From Phycisphaerae bacterium (lineage in GTDB: Bacteria > Planctomycetota > Phycisphaerae > UBA1845 > Fen-1342): DNA of 64,000 nucleotides. The DNA lies in assembly GCA_963675745.2 (NCBI GenBank), contig CAXXWX010000023.1, positions 64,001 to 128,000 on the forward strand, read 5' to 3'. The translations under genes were made by a program, and so were the position numbers. The notes below the pieces were generated by a model. It was not told the origin of the DNA, did no database searches, and saw only the letters and a list, made by a program, of their open reading frames with translations. Positions 39,457 through 49,928 of the stretch are shown here, one piece after another; position 1 is the stretch's first letter; every line of letters begins with the position of its first letter.

Positions 39457-40635
39457 ATGCCTCGGATGAAAGGAGCAGTGACGCTTTCCGGCACCTTCCG
39501 CATTTGCGAGCGCATCGCGCCGGTCGCCGTGCTCATACTCCTAGCGCTCTGCGCGGGATGCACCAACGTCAAGTATCGAGTCAGCGCCGCGCCGCCTGCC
39601 TACCGCGGGCTCCTGTGGCGCTTCCGATCACCCTCCTTTGGAGTACACACCGCCCGCTTCTCGCCTGACGGGCGTTACATCCTGGTACGCGGCTCATACG
39701 CCTGCCGGGTGCTGGAGACCGATTCCGGCTCTGTCGTCAGCGTGTTTGAGAACAAGCGGGAAATCCTCCGGCCACTCGACTGCATTGTCAGCATCCCGGC
39801 CGTGATCGGCCTGACGTTGCTCGGGCCGATACGCACGCCCCGCGGGCCCATCGACGACTCGCCGACCGGACCGAGACCCCCAGTGAAGATACGTCCGTCG
39901 CCCGAACGCGCGCTGCTCACCTGGGCAGGCGATTCACGGCGGGCTTTCTACATTGACATAACCAGACGCCTGCAAACCCGAGATGTGGAAACCGGTCGAC
40001 GCGTGGCGGAAGATCGGGAAGTGGCCCTCGACCGGCAACGCCACGTGCTTGCGATATCCCCAGACGGGGAGGTCCTGGTGATCCGCACCAACCATCGAAA
40101 GACAGTGGAGTTGCGCTGTGAGTGTCGGGGATGGACACGTGAGTATCCGAGGCCAGCTCGTATCGCGTTCGCGGCGTACAAACCAGTGATGGCGATATCC
40201 CAATCAGACGGCGATGTCGACCTGATCGACTGCCGCACGGGCGCCAGAACCGCGTCCTTCGAATCCAAGCCGACCCGCCAAGTGCGGCTCAGCGACGATG
40301 CGGCCTTCCTTCTCATGGACCATGCGGACCGCACAACCCTGGTCGATACGGCAACGGGCCGCGTACTCAGCGAGATCAAACCGCCGGACCTTGGCCTGGG
40401 TGTGTTCTGTGGATGGTCAAGTCGCAATAGACAGGCCGTGTATTGCTCGATATCGCCCTCTGAAGATGAACGGCCGCCGCACGAGGCCGTCATCGTTGAC
40501 CTTATGACCGGGCAATTGACCCATCGTGCCAAGCTTGCCGTCGGGGAAGTCGTGACGGGTCTCTCGCCGGACGGCCGGCTGATCTTAGCGAGGCGGTGGA
40601 ACTCGCACGTATCGCTGTACAAGATCGACGATTGA
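39457..40635 (+). CDS. WD40/YVTN-like beta-propeller lipoprotein
   Basis: Lipobox CAGC; FSPDGRY, ISPDGEV and LSPDGRL blades; start uncertain. Confidence 0.65.
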   Translation: MPRMKGAVTLSGTFRICERIAPVAVLILLALCAGCTNVKYRVSAAPPAYRGLLWRFRSPSFGVHTARFSPDGRYILVRGSYACRVLETDSGSVVSVFENKREILRPLDCIVSIPAVIGLTLLGPIRTPRGPIDDSPTGPRPPVKIRPSPERALLTWAGDSRRAFYIDITRRLQTRDVETGRRVAEDREVALDRQRHVLAISPDGEVLVIRTNHRKTVELRCECRGWTREYPRPARIAFAAYKPVMAISQSDGDVDLIDCRTGARTASFESKPTRQVRLSDDAAFLLMDHADRTTLVDTATGRVLSEIKPPDLGLGVFCGWSSRNRQAVYCSISPSEDERPPHEAVIVDLMTGQLTHRAKLAVGEVVTGLSPDGRLILARRWNSHVSLYKIDD

Positions 40636-40767
40636 TGCGCATCTTGAGTGGGCCACGATTCTGATGTGTATTCGGTCGCACTGCCTGCGGCGACAGTCGG
40701 GGGCGCGTATAATTGTCCTCGAATGGGCCACAACCGCGTTCGCGTTCAACAACATAGGGGTCTACAG

Positions 40768-42732
40768 ATGCGGAAGGCGACGACCTGCGCACTACGTGCC
40801 ACGAATCTGGCGGCGTTTGCCCTCACACTGCTTTTGATGCTCTTCGTCCGCGGCTGCGCGCTGGCCGATGACGGCGCGCTCCAGGAAAACGAGCCGACCG
40901 CCCCGGACAATGACGCGCAGATCGTCGACCTGGCGCGCGAGATCGAAGAGGCCGACATCGTCAAGGTCGAGGCCGGGTTGTTCTACATCGTCAATCCCTA
41001 CAAGGGTCTGATGATCATCGATGCCAGCGCGCCGGCGCAGCCTGTGCTGCTTGGCCGCCAGGCCCTGGGAGGTCGCGGCGTGGAGATGTTCCTGCGCGAG
41101 ACGACCGCGCTCGTATTCACGACCGCCGACTTTTTCCTCTGCGCCGGGCGCCGCGTCGGCTTCGACGAGTCCGACTTCGATCAGACCGTTCGCCCCGACT
41201 ACGCGGGCAGCCGATTATGGGCCATCGATATCAGCGTGCCGGCCGAGCCGACGGTCCTCGGCACCGTGGACTTCGACGGCTTCGTGAACGCCACTCGGCG
41301 CGTGGGCGACGTGGTCTACGCCGCCGGCGCTTACGCCGACTACATCGCGCGCGAAGCGGACGACGACGGCGCGCATGGCGACGATGCTGACGCGAACGAG
41401 CCGGGCGACGGCGCCTGCCCTGAGATCTGGGCGCCGGTGTGCGGCACCGATGGTCAAACATACCCGAACGACTGTTTCGCGCGGCAGGCGGGCGTTGATA
41501 TCGCCTACCAGGGCGCGTGCGATGATGTGCTGTGGACCTACGACCCCACGGCGGCCGTCAACACGGGCGTCTTTGTGACTTCGATTGACATCTCCGATCC
41601 GCCCAACGCGGTTGCCGTCGAGACCGAACGGTTTGCGGGGACCGCTCTCGATATTCACGTCAGCGAATCAGCGCTCTACGTACTCGGTGACGATACGTCC
41701 GACGTCAGCACGACGTTGGTCACCTATGTCGATATCAGCGACCCCGCCGGCAACATCATCCCGCGCGACCAGTTCCGCGTCCCCGGCCATGTCCAGAGCC
41801 GCTTCTTCGTGGATGAACATGAAGACGTCTTTCGCATCATCACCGAGGATTTTGACTCGCGCGACTTCGTATCCCGCGTGCGCCTGTACACCTATGACGT
41901 CGCCGATCCCAACGATGTCGTTCGTCGCGCCGATCCCGTGACGATTATCACCGGCGAATCGCTGCGGGCCGTGCGATTCGACGGCCCGCGCGGATACGCG
42001 GTCACCTTCCTCCAGACCGATCCCCTTTTCGTGCTCGATCTGAGCAATCCCGATCTGCCGGTTGTCGCCGGCGAACTGGAAGTCCCCGGCTTCAGCACCC
42101 ACCTGGTGCCACTCGGAACACGGCTTGTCGGCGTGGGCTTCGATGACACTGACGGCGCCAGGCCCGCCGTGGCGCTGTACGACGTGAGCGACGCGGCCAA
42201 CCCGACGCAGTTGTCCCGCATCGTCGTCGGGCAGGAGGGCAGCTACGGCGTTACGTCGGCGGCAACTGTGGATGAGAAGGCTCTCAAGGTCTTGCCGGAC
42301 GCAGGCATTATTCTGCTCCCCTTCGCCGAGTACGACCCCAATTCCGGCGACTATCGCGACTCCCTTCAGATCATAGGATTGGGCGAGGACACGCTCGGCG
42401 CGCACGGCGTCATCACGCACCGGGGGCTGATTCGCCGCGCCGGCTTGATCGACGGCGCGCTGTGGGTGTTGTCCGATCTCGCGTTCCAAACGGTGGATAT
42501 CACCGATGCGGACGCGCCGCTGACACTCACACAACTGGACCTGGCGACTGAACAGGAACTGCTCGATGCGGGCCTGATGGACTGCGTGGACTCGGCACGC
42601 TGGTCCGGCACGTCATTGTGGTTCGGCGCGCCACAGTTCTGCATGCTGACGGCTACGTCAATGCTGGCGCTCACCGTCGTGGGCCTGGTGCGGACACGTC
42701 CGAGCACCCGCCCCGCGCGCCGTCTCCGTTAA
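40768..42732 (+). CDS. Secreted beta-propeller protein (Beta_propel-like) with an inserted Kazal domain
   Basis: EEADIVK; AVRFDG..YAVTFLQTDPLFVLDLSNP; GELEVPGFSTHL; CPEIWAPVCGTDGQTYPNDC. Confidence 0.85.
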   Translation: MRKATTCALRATNLAAFALTLLLMLFVRGCALADDGALQENEPTAPDNDAQIVDLAREIEEADIVKVEAGLFYIVNPYKGLMIIDASAPAQPVLLGRQALGGRGVEMFLRETTALVFTTADFFLCAGRRVGFDESDFDQTVRPDYAGSRLWAIDISVPAEPTVLGTVDFDGFVNATRRVGDVVYAAGAYADYIAREADDDGAHGDDADANEPGDGACPEIWAPVCGTDGQTYPNDCFARQAGVDIAYQGACDDVLWTYDPTAAVNTGVFVTSIDISDPPNAVAVETERFAGTALDIHVSESALYVLGDDTSDVSTTLVTYVDISDPAGNIIPRDQFRVPGHVQSRFFVDEHEDVFRIITEDFDSRDFVSRVRLYTYDVADPNDVVRRADPVTIITGESLRAVRFDGPRGYAVTFLQTDPLFVLDLSNPDLPVVAGELEVPGFSTHLVPLGTRLVGVGFDDTDGARPAVALYDVSDAANPTQLSRIVVGQEGSYGVTSAATVDEKALKVLPDAGIILLPFAEYDPNSGDYRDSLQIIGLGEDTLGAHGVITHRGLIRRAGLIDGALWVLSDLAFQTVDITDADAPLTLTQLDLATEQELLDAGLMDCVDSARWSGTSLWFGAPQFCMLTATSMLALTVVGLVRTRPSTRPARRLR

Positions 42733-42759
42733 CGGCCGGTGCGTCACTTCGCGCTCGCT

Positions 42760-43344
42760 CTATGAAACCGGATAGTCGTTCTCGATCCATGCACGATCCG
42801 GGACGAAGATGCGGACGAGCTCGTCCATCTCCGGGGCCGCGATCTCGAAGTGACCGTAGCAGGGGGATAGTTCCTGCTGCGCCTGTTCTTTCGGGTCGCC
42901 CAGAACCACCATCCGCCAGATCGCCGCGGCCGCGCCGGTACGATCCGCGCCGGCCCGACAGTGAATCAGGATCGGCCCTTCCGCCGACAGAAACGCGTCA
43001 TACAGCGCCAGCAATTCGGCCCGCGGCGGCAAGGCATGGGCGCTCATGCGAATGTTGACCAGCTCGACGCCCCTGCCGGCCAGCACCGCCTGCTCGTTGT
43101 CATACCACGCGGACGACTCATTCTCGCCGCGCAGATTGATCACGGTGCGGATGCCCAGCGAATCGACCACCAGTGCCAGCGTCTCCGCGTCCAACTGTGC
43201 CGAGCGATAGGCGCGTTCGGGCTCGATGATACGGAAGTTGTCGGTCAGCCGCAGCGGCGCCCAACCATCCAGCTCCCCCAGGCCACAGCCGACCGCACTC
43301 AGCAGCAGGGCCGCGAGACACCCTCTGACTATTCGCTGATTCAC
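42760..43344 (-). CDS. Tyrosine/dual-specificity phosphatase-family lipoprotein
   Basis: Lipobox AVGC; YRSAQ; GIRTVINLRG; HCRAGADRTG (CX5R). Confidence 0.88.
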   Translation of the reverse strand: MNQRIVRGCLAALLLSAVGCGLGELDGWAPLRLTDNFRIIEPERAYRSAQLDAETLALVVDSLGIRTVINLRGENESSAWYDNEQAVLAGRGVELVNIRMSAHALPPRAELLALYDAFLSAEGPILIHCRAGADRTGAAAAIWRMVVLGDPKEQAQQELSPCYGHFEIAAPEMDELVRIFVPDRAWIENDYPVS

Positions 43345-43386
43345 TGAATCGCTCCGGGCCCGCCGACGCCACGTGCGATCATGGCG

Positions 43387-46300
43387 TCAGCTTGCGCAGT
43401 TCGGATCGGCGGGTACGTCCGTACCGCCGTAGCAACGCTGGAGAATGCCAAAGTCCGCCAGATCAGTGTCATCGTCACAGTCAAGGTCGGCGTTCTGACA
43501 ATCGGGATCAGGCACGATCACGCCGACGCCCAACTGACAGTCGCAAAACTGCGCGAAGTCACCCGTATCGACATCGTCGTCAAGGTCAACATCGCCGGCG
43601 ACGGAAACGGTGACTCGATAAACGCCGACTTCTTCGGCAGCCAGCGAGACGGCGAAACGCGCCTGTCCACTGCTCGCAAGGCGTTCGGCCGGCAGGGCCA
43701 CATCCGACACCACATCCCACACGCCCAGCGGGGCACACGCCGTCACCTGCCCCATCCCAACCAGGTCGATCGTAATCACATCTTCGAGTCCGGCCTGATC
43801 GGCCCCTCTGACCGTGAGCAGCACGTCACCGCGCGCGAAGTCGCCAAACCGCTCAACCTCGGCGCTCGGGCCGCCGGTCGCATGTGTGATGGGCTCCCAG
43901 CCGGCGGTGCTCAGATCGCGGATAATCGGTATATAAAACTGGAATAATGGTCGATCGCGCTCGTAAAGCTCCGGGTGCAGGAAATAACGGTCTGGGGCAC
44001 CGCCGACCACGGCGCCACCGGCCGAGCTCACCGCCGGATAGAACCCCCAGAAGAGCTGCCCGCGGATGAACTGCTCCATCTGGTCATAAGTGATGTATTC
44101 CGGCAGATCCCAGCCCCATTGCAGCAGGTTGCTGACGATGCGTTGTCGCGCCAGTGTGCGACGCATCCGGCTGTCCGTGTCGCTCTCCACAAGCTGCCAA
44201 ACCTCCGATCCCAGGACGTCGCCGCGATGGGAATGGAAGCGCATCGCCGACGGGAAGATGTTCAGCATCATCAGCTTGCCGCGACTGTGGACTTCGGCCG
44301 CAACCGCCTCCAACAGCTCAGCCTGCGCCTGGGGCGCGATCTGCGCCGCCTCACCGTCGTCCCAGGAGAATGTGAGCGGCGAGTCGGATACCGCCAGGTG
44401 CTCCGCCCGACGATTCTCCCACGACGATATCGAGTTTGTGGTCACCGAGTCGATGTAGACGCCGGCGTTCTGGTCGAGCTCGCGATACAGCCACTCATCG
44501 CTGGCGTGCAGCTCGAACGTGCTGGGGGTGGGCAGATCGGGATCAGGATTCACCGGCCAGGCCTGAAACATGCTCGCCGTAACACCACCCCATTCGTGCC
44601 AAAGGTACGAGCTGCTATCAATGAAGTAACGGCCTTCGGCATCCAGCGGCGATGAATTGACGACCGCCTGGGCGGTTTGCTGCCGGGGAAACCGCAGCCA
44701 GATCGGCCCACCGTCGTCCCAGTTGGTGTTCTGCGCCGACGCCCAGTTCTGGTCGTCCACATCAAACGGCAGGGACAGGTACGTCACCGCATCATATGTG
44801 CTCTCGACCAGCAGATCGTCAATGTGGACAAAATGATCACCGCCGGTCCAATGCCTGATGGACACCCGCATCGCCACGGCGCTGGCGGGCAGCTCATACA
44901 CATATGAGAAAGGCTCCCAGGTATCCGGCGTGGTGTTGACAATACCGGGGACAACGTGAGCGGCCGATCCGGATGACCAGAACCATCCGTCCGGCGCGGG
45001 CGTCGCCTCGGTGATATCATACCCGGCGCTGTCAAAGATCCGGACCGAGGCGATCTGGGTCGTCTCGATCGAGAGCGTACGCGCCTGCCAGGCTATTCTG
45101 ACCGCGTCGCCGCCGGCCACGGCGAATGGCTCCGCAGTGGCCATGCCGGCGCCGGTCGATAGTCCGTCGCCGAGCAACAGGTGACCGGTGTTGTCCACGC
45201 CACCATCAGGTAACCAGGTCACGACGCCGCCGGGGGCAGTGGCCCAGTCTTCAAGCCGGGCCACACGCTCTTCATAGGGTGGCTTTTCATCAACCTCGCC
45301 CCATGGCTGCCAGGGACACCACGGCTCGGTGTAATAGAAGACTCCGATTCCCAACTGGTCACACAGATCCCGTTCCGCCTGCGCGAACGGGTGCGTTTCC
45401 AGAAACGCGAAGCCGAAGTCCAACGGGTCGGGAATCAGGCTCGGGTGGATCGGGTACATCCACGCCCCTTCGAGCGTGGTCCGCTTGGTGAAGTAGTCGG
45501 GATGAAGCTCGTAGTAGCGATCAACCGCGGCCCGGAAACCCCAGGTCGGATCGTGGTGCAACACCGATAGCGTAAGATCGGCGTGGCCCGGCCCCAGCTT
45601 GGTGGTCACCGGCGACAGGCAGATTTCCCAGGCGGAACTGAGTCCGACGGCCGTGTCGTACTCGAAACGCTGCGCCGCGGGACGGTCTTGCGGCACGCAC
45701 AGCGACAGTCCGTAGTCGGCAGATGTGATCGAACTGAACGGATAGAACGAAACCGGGTGCCGATTGTGATCAAACGTGTTGCGGTAGAGTATGCCCGGCG
45801 CGATCAGCCGCGCGCTGTCGATGTCGTCCCACCACTGCTGAGCATCCGCCTGCACCGGCAATGTCCAACACACTTGCAGGGCGCGATCGGCCAGCGGCGC
45901 GGACGTATCCTGCAGCGCCAGGTCAATCTCCAGGTGTCCGCCGGTTGCCGTGACCGCCGTGTCTACGTGCAGACTTCGGCCCGGCACATCGACGCTCTGC
46001 GTAAAGCCGCCCGCCGCGGGCACAATCGGCCCCGAAATCGGGACCCGGTCACCCCATTCGGCGCCGCCCACCACGTCGAGATTGAAATCGTCAATGTGCA
46101 GCAGGTGGTCGCCGCCAGTCCAGTGACGCAAGGACACGCGGGCGAACGCGGCGTCCGTTGACACCGGGTAGAAGCGCTCGAACTGCTCCCAGGTGTCTGT
46201 TTCAGCGCAGCCGAATCCCCATACGCCGTGGGCCAGTGATGTACCGGTGTAACTCCAACCAGTGGGAGTGTTGGAGCTGGACGTGATGTCCTGCCCCAGT

Positions 46301-46803
46301 GCATCATAGATGCGCACGCACAGAATGTGCGTTGTCTCGGTGGAGGCGGCCAGAGCCTGCCAGGCGATTCTCACCTTACTGCCGGGTGCAACTGGTATTG
46401 CGGCATCCATGGCCATACCGGCCCCTTCCGCCGATCCATCGCCCAGCAGCAAGTGGCCGCTGTTGTCGGGACCGCCGTCCGGAAGCCACGTCACATACGA
46501 ACCATAGTTGTCCCAAGACGCATTCCGCGCAGAGACAATCGGGCCGGTGCCCGCATCGAAATCAAGATGTTGCAACACGTAAGGCGCTATTGGCTCGCCA
46601 ATCCGCATGGACAAGCCGCCGGGCTCGCCCGGCACGAGCGGCACCGGTATGCCGTTTACGCTCACCGCGGTCACCGAACCATCGAGATCAGAAAACGTCA
46701 CGCTCAGCCCGTCGCCCGTATCCAGCGTCGTGGCCGCGACCGGGCAGACAACCGCGGCGACAGCAATCACCACGCACAGCATTCGAACAGGTGCGGCGGG
46801 CAT
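43387..46803 (-). CDS. Large secreted putative glycoside hydrolase with two CBM-like repeats and a dockerin-like tail
   Basis: Signal peptide; duplicated VTWLPDGG..HWTGGDH..HIDD; GVYIDS; tail GDVDLDDDVD..ADLDCDDDTDLADF. Confidence 0.7.
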   Translation of the reverse strand: MPAAPVRMLCVVIAVAAVVCPVAATTLDTGDGLSVTFSDLDGSVTAVSVNGIPVPLVPGEPGGLSMRIGEPIAPYVLQHLDFDAGTGPIVSARNASWDNYGSYVTWLPDGGPDNSGHLLLGDGSAEGAGMAMDAAIPVAPGSKVRIAWQALAASTETTHILCVRIYDALGQDITSSSNTPTGWSYTGTSLAHGVWGFGCAETDTWEQFERFYPVSTDAAFARVSLRHWTGGDHLLHIDDFNLDVVGGAEWGDRVPISGPIVPAAGGFTQSVDVPGRSLHVDTAVTATGGHLEIDLALQDTSAPLADRALQVCWTLPVQADAQQWWDDIDSARLIAPGILYRNTFDHNRHPVSFYPFSSITSADYGLSLCVPQDRPAAQRFEYDTAVGLSSAWEICLSPVTTKLGPGHADLTLSVLHHDPTWGFRAAVDRYYELHPDYFTKRTTLEGAWMYPIHPSLIPDPLDFGFAFLETHPFAQAERDLCDQLGIGVFYYTEPWCPWQPWGEVDEKPPYEERVARLEDWATAPGGVVTWLPDGGVDNTGHLLLGDGLSTGAGMATAEPFAVAGGDAVRIAWQARTLSIETTQIASVRIFDSAGYDITEATPAPDGWFWSSGSAAHVVPGIVNTTPDTWEPFSYVYELPASAVAMRVSIRHWTGGDHFVHIDDLLVESTYDAVTYLSLPFDVDDQNWASAQNTNWDDGGPIWLRFPRQQTAQAVVNSSPLDAEGRYFIDSSSYLWHEWGGVTASMFQAWPVNPDPDLPTPSTFELHASDEWLYRELDQNAGVYIDSVTTNSISSWENRRAEHLAVSDSPLTFSWDDGEAAQIAPQAQAELLEAVAAEVHSRGKLMMLNIFPSAMRFHSHRGDVLGSEVWQLVESDTDSRMRRTLARQRIVSNLLQWGWDLPEYITYDQMEQFIRGQLFWGFYPAVSSAGGAVVGGAPDRYFLHPELYERDRPLFQFYIPIIRDLSTAGWEPITHATGGPSAEVERFGDFARGDVLLTVRGADQAGLEDVITIDLVGMGQVTACAPLGVWDVVSDVALPAERLASSGQARFAVSLAAEEVGVYRVTVSVAGDVDLDDDVDTGDFAQFCDCQLGVGVIVPDPDCQNADLDCDDDTDLADFGILQRCYGGTDVPADPNCAS

Positions 46804-47007
46804 GGACCGTAGTCTCCAGATCAACCTGAGCGCGGATGAGCCGGACGACATCCCACATCGCCAGCTCACGGACACGCCGATACTGCCACTATACCCCGTC
46901 CAAGGCCACAACCCACCATCTAATCGCCGGCCGATAAGCTCGCGCTACAGGGCTGAGAGTATTCGGCGCTTGATTGACGCGTTGCGGCGGTCGCCGACGC
47001 GGTACGT

Positions 47008-47934
47008 TCAGTCCGGTAGGGCCCGCCGATGAGCGTCAAGCACATCTCTGGGCAGCAGGAGGATTTCGACGCGCCGGTTTTTGGCCGGATCGTCGCTGAT
47101 CGGGCGGTATGAGCTGCACCCCATCACGGCTATCCGCGCTTCGGGCAGACCGGCTTCGACCAGGGCGCTCTTCACTGCGATGGCGCGATGCACCGAGAGA
47201 TGCCAATTGGTCGGGTGCCGTGCCAGAATGTCCGGACGCGTGATCGGCGAATCATCAGTGTGTCCCACTACGACAACGTCATACATCCGGTCGGCGTGGG
47301 TCTTAAGCGCGTCGCCCAGCAATTGGGCAAAGTCGCTGATCCCGCGCGCGGCGTCGGGGCGCACCGTGTCACTGCCCGGCCTGAAAAGCCGATCGTTCGC
47401 GAACGTCAGCCCGCCTCGCAAGCGGTCATAACGCACGCGACCGCCCCAGCGGCTGGCAAAAGCCCGCAGCTCCGCGTCAAGCGCGGGGGGCAACGGCGAC
47501 ACGCGCACATCCGGTTCCCCCGAGACGTGCGCGTCTTGCACGACGATTAGCGCGCTGAGCTCATCCACACGCGCCGCAAGACTGTCGGCACGCTCGCGCA
47601 GCGTGGCGGCTTCGGCCTCACACGCCGCCCGGCGCTGCCGCGCCTCGGAAAGTTGCGCTTGCAGCCCGGCGTCTGAATCTGCATGGGGTGTAGCCGCCCG
47701 CGCGGCCGGCTTCGATCGCGGTTCCGTCGGGGGCGTGGGTTTACGGCCGACCGCGCAGCCGCCGAGCAAAACAACCGCCGCCGGCACGAGCATTAGCAGG
47801 TGGGCGCGCACGATGGTATCCGCCAAAGGTGAATGCGGGTGTGGACGACCGTGTGCGACACTAGCGCCGCTTCCGGCTTGGTCGTTTCGCGTGACGCGCA
47901 TCGTAACGGCCTGGCCGCTAGCGCCGCGCGCCAC
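47008..47934 (-). CDS. OmpA/MotB-family peptidoglycan-binding lipoprotein
   Basis: LGGC lipobox, coiled coil, VVGHTDD, NWHLSVHRA, KNRRVEI; true start probably downstream. Confidence 0.85.
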   Translation of the reverse strand: MARGASGQAVTMRVTRNDQAGSGASVAHGRPHPHSPLADTIVRAHLLMLVPAAVVLLGGCAVGRKPTPPTEPRSKPAARAATPHADSDAGLQAQLSEARQRRAACEAEAATLRERADSLAARVDELSALIVVQDAHVSGEPDVRVSPLPPALDAELRAFASRWGGRVRYDRLRGGLTFANDRLFRPGSDTVRPDAARGISDFAQLLGDALKTHADRMYDVVVVGHTDDSPITRPDILARHPTNWHLSVHRAIAVKSALVEAGLPEARIAVMGCSSYRPISDDPAKNRRVEILLLPRDVLDAHRRALPD

Positions 47935-48817
47935 CCGTCGCGCGCCCCATGAGCCACCCGATCAGTACCGACACTCCCACCACACCGACAGCTCCCGGCA
48001 GGAAGTAGATCAGGAAGTGCTTGGTGAGCCAATCGGCGTAGGTCGGCACGTAGTTTTGCAGCCCGGCCGCCGCAACGCTCCCCGCCAGCGCGATCAGCAG
48101 CAGCGCGCCAACCAGCAAGCCACCCATGATCCCCTCGACCGGGTCACCTACGGCCGCCGTCGAGATCGGCACGATAGCCTCGCCGGCTTCGATGTCTTCT
48201 TCTTCGGCGACGGGCTCGGCCGGTTCAGCCTCTTCTTCTTCGACCTCCTCAGCCGGCTCGGCCTGCTCGGTCCGGTCCTCGGCCTCTTCCTCGCCGGGAT
48301 AGATCTCATCAAGCAGCTCGGCGCCGAGCGATGTATCGTCAGCTTCACGCGTCAGATCGAGCAGGCCGGAGCCGCTACCGGCCCCATCAAGCTGAACCTG
48401 ATCATCGGTAGGCGTGTCGGTGATCTGCGTCTTCGCCATCGGGTCGGCGTCGATTTCGAGCTCGTCGTCATCAAAGACGCCGATACCGCTCGCGGAAATG
48501 ACCGTGTCTTCTTTCTCTTCGGGTGGTTGCTCCTGAGCCGGCTCGAGGCCGATTATGCTCGTGCCGCCACCAGTATCCGCCAGTGTGGGCAATTCCTCAT
48601 CGACGGATTCCAGCGTCACCTCGTCCGGCTGTTCCCCGGCGTCAGCGCCGGCGTCGGCGCCAGCGCCCAGCCGATCGACATCCTCAGCTTTGAAGAAAAC
48701 CTTGCCGGCATCGCGAAACTCGCGCAATTCACCGTCGCGCACCAGCGCGCGGATGTCGTCCTCCGACTTGCCAAGCTTGGCACACGCCTCTTCCATCGAA
48801 TAAAACGGCTTGGCCAT
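47918..48817 (-). CDS. Excisionase-like HTH protein with acidic linker and two C-terminal TM helices
   Basis: FYSMEEACAKLG..LVRDGELREFRD..FKAEDV; GSGLLDLTREADDTSLG. Confidence 0.75.
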   Translation of the reverse strand: MAKPFYSMEEACAKLGKSEDDIRALVRDGELREFRDAGKVFFKAEDVDRLGAGADAGADAGEQPDEVTLESVDEELPTLADTGGGTSIIGLEPAQEQPPEEKEDTVISASGIGVFDDDELEIDADPMAKTQITDTPTDDQVQLDGAGSGSGLLDLTREADDTSLGAELLDEIYPGEEEAEDRTEQAEPAEEVEEEEAEPAEPVAEEEDIEAGEAIVPISTAAVGDPVEGIMGGLLVGALLLIALAGSVAAAGLQNYVPTYADWLTKHFLIYFLPGAVGVVGVSVLIGWLMGRATGGARR

Positions 48818-48844
48818 ACTGCAAACTCCTTGTGTCAGGCAGCG

Positions 48845-49333
48845 CTAGTCGCCGTCCGGCTGTCGAGCATCAGTATTGTGTCCTGAATCCGCTTGCGCGT
48901 CGAGCCCGCTCTCGTCGCGGGACTGTTCGAGACGCCGCTCGTGCTCGACGAGTCGCTGCACATCTCGAAAACTCGGGGCCACGCAGTTGAAATCCCGCAG
49001 GTAGCGGTCGTAAACGAACGTTCGCGCCGCGACCAGCCGCAGGTTGCGCGCGCCGTCCTTGGTCGTCTGAATCTCGTACGCCCACAGAGTGCTCTGATCG
49101 ACGTCCAGCATGAACAATCCGTAGCTGTTCCTGTCGAGCTGGCCGGTAAAGGCAAAGATGCCCCGTGCTCCCGCCAGTGGCTGGTTTTGCGCGAGGGCCA
49201 CCTGACTGACGCCCGGCAGCGGACGCACACACAGGGCCGTCGCGATGATCGCCAGCAAGAGCGCGATAATCCAATAGACCGTCTGATGCTGGCGTGCCGG
49301 TCCCATGGTGGTTTGCCCCGCTGGGGATGTCAT
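48845..49333 (-). CDS. Hypothetical exported protein
   Basis: N-terminal hydrophobic helix; co-oriented with and adjacent to the next gene. Confidence 0.7.
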   Translation of the reverse strand: MTSPAGQTTMGPARQHQTVYWIIALLLAIIATALCVRPLPGVSQVALAQNQPLAGARGIFAFTGQLDRNSYGLFMLDVDQSTLWAYEIQTTKDGARNLRLVAARTFVYDRYLRDFNCVAPSFRDVQRLVEHERRLEQSRDESGLDAQADSGHNTDARQPDGD

Positions 49334-49515
49334 CGTCGCCTCGCTCAGCCGCGGGAGGTTCTATGCCGCTCCCCCACGATTGGGATGTTAGCCAGCGCCG
49401 CGTGCCGTCGCAAGCAAAAGCCGCCCCAATTGTCCCGACGCGCCGCCCAGCGGGCATGCATTGATAATCCGCGCGGAGGCCGGGATTCCGGCTGGCACCA
49501 ATGCGCCGGGGTGCC

Positions 49516-49521
49516 TATAAT
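49516..49521 (+). promoter_or_regulatory. -10 box upstream of the putative 6S RNA and rny
   Basis: Perfect TATAAT just before the long rod-like fold. Confidence 0.55.
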
Positions 49522-49524
49522 GCC

Positions 49525-49688
49525 CAGCGTGTTTTAGGCGTCTGTATCATGCTGTGACGTCGATGGTTGCGCAGAAATCGGCGAAAGAACAGAACAGGTC
49601 GCTTCAGCGGCAAGAACTAGCGGTATCGACAATACGGCCCGCACCCGAAAGTGCGAGTGCTGTTCATGGAAACGCCGGGCGTCGGCTG
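49525..49688 (+). ncRNA. ssrS: Putative 6S RNA
   Basis: Rod-like pairing CAGC/GCTG, GGCGT/ACGCC, GCTGTG/TACGGC, GTCGAT/ATCGAC with a central bubble; lies upstream of rny. Confidence 0.55.
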
Positions 49689-49928
49689 AGATTCCTGACC
49701 GTCAGTATCTGAATCAATACAGTTGTACATCATACCGGCCTGACGGTCACCAAGTGCGGTTCCCGGTAATCCGTACTGTGCGTGTGCCCCCCCACCGCTG
49801 ATCGCGTTGTTCGCGCGACCTGTTCTGCGACAAACCGCTGGTCAATCCCTGCCCGCCGTCTGCGTCCCAGGTATATGGGGTCAGGCAGTGGTTATTCCTG
49901 CCGATGCAAAAGCGAAACGGACAAAACC

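Noticed and set aside
47918..48817. Excisionase-like HTH as a sign of a prophage or ICE
   Set aside because: It is fused to an acidic linker and TM helices, and no integrase or phage genes are nearby.
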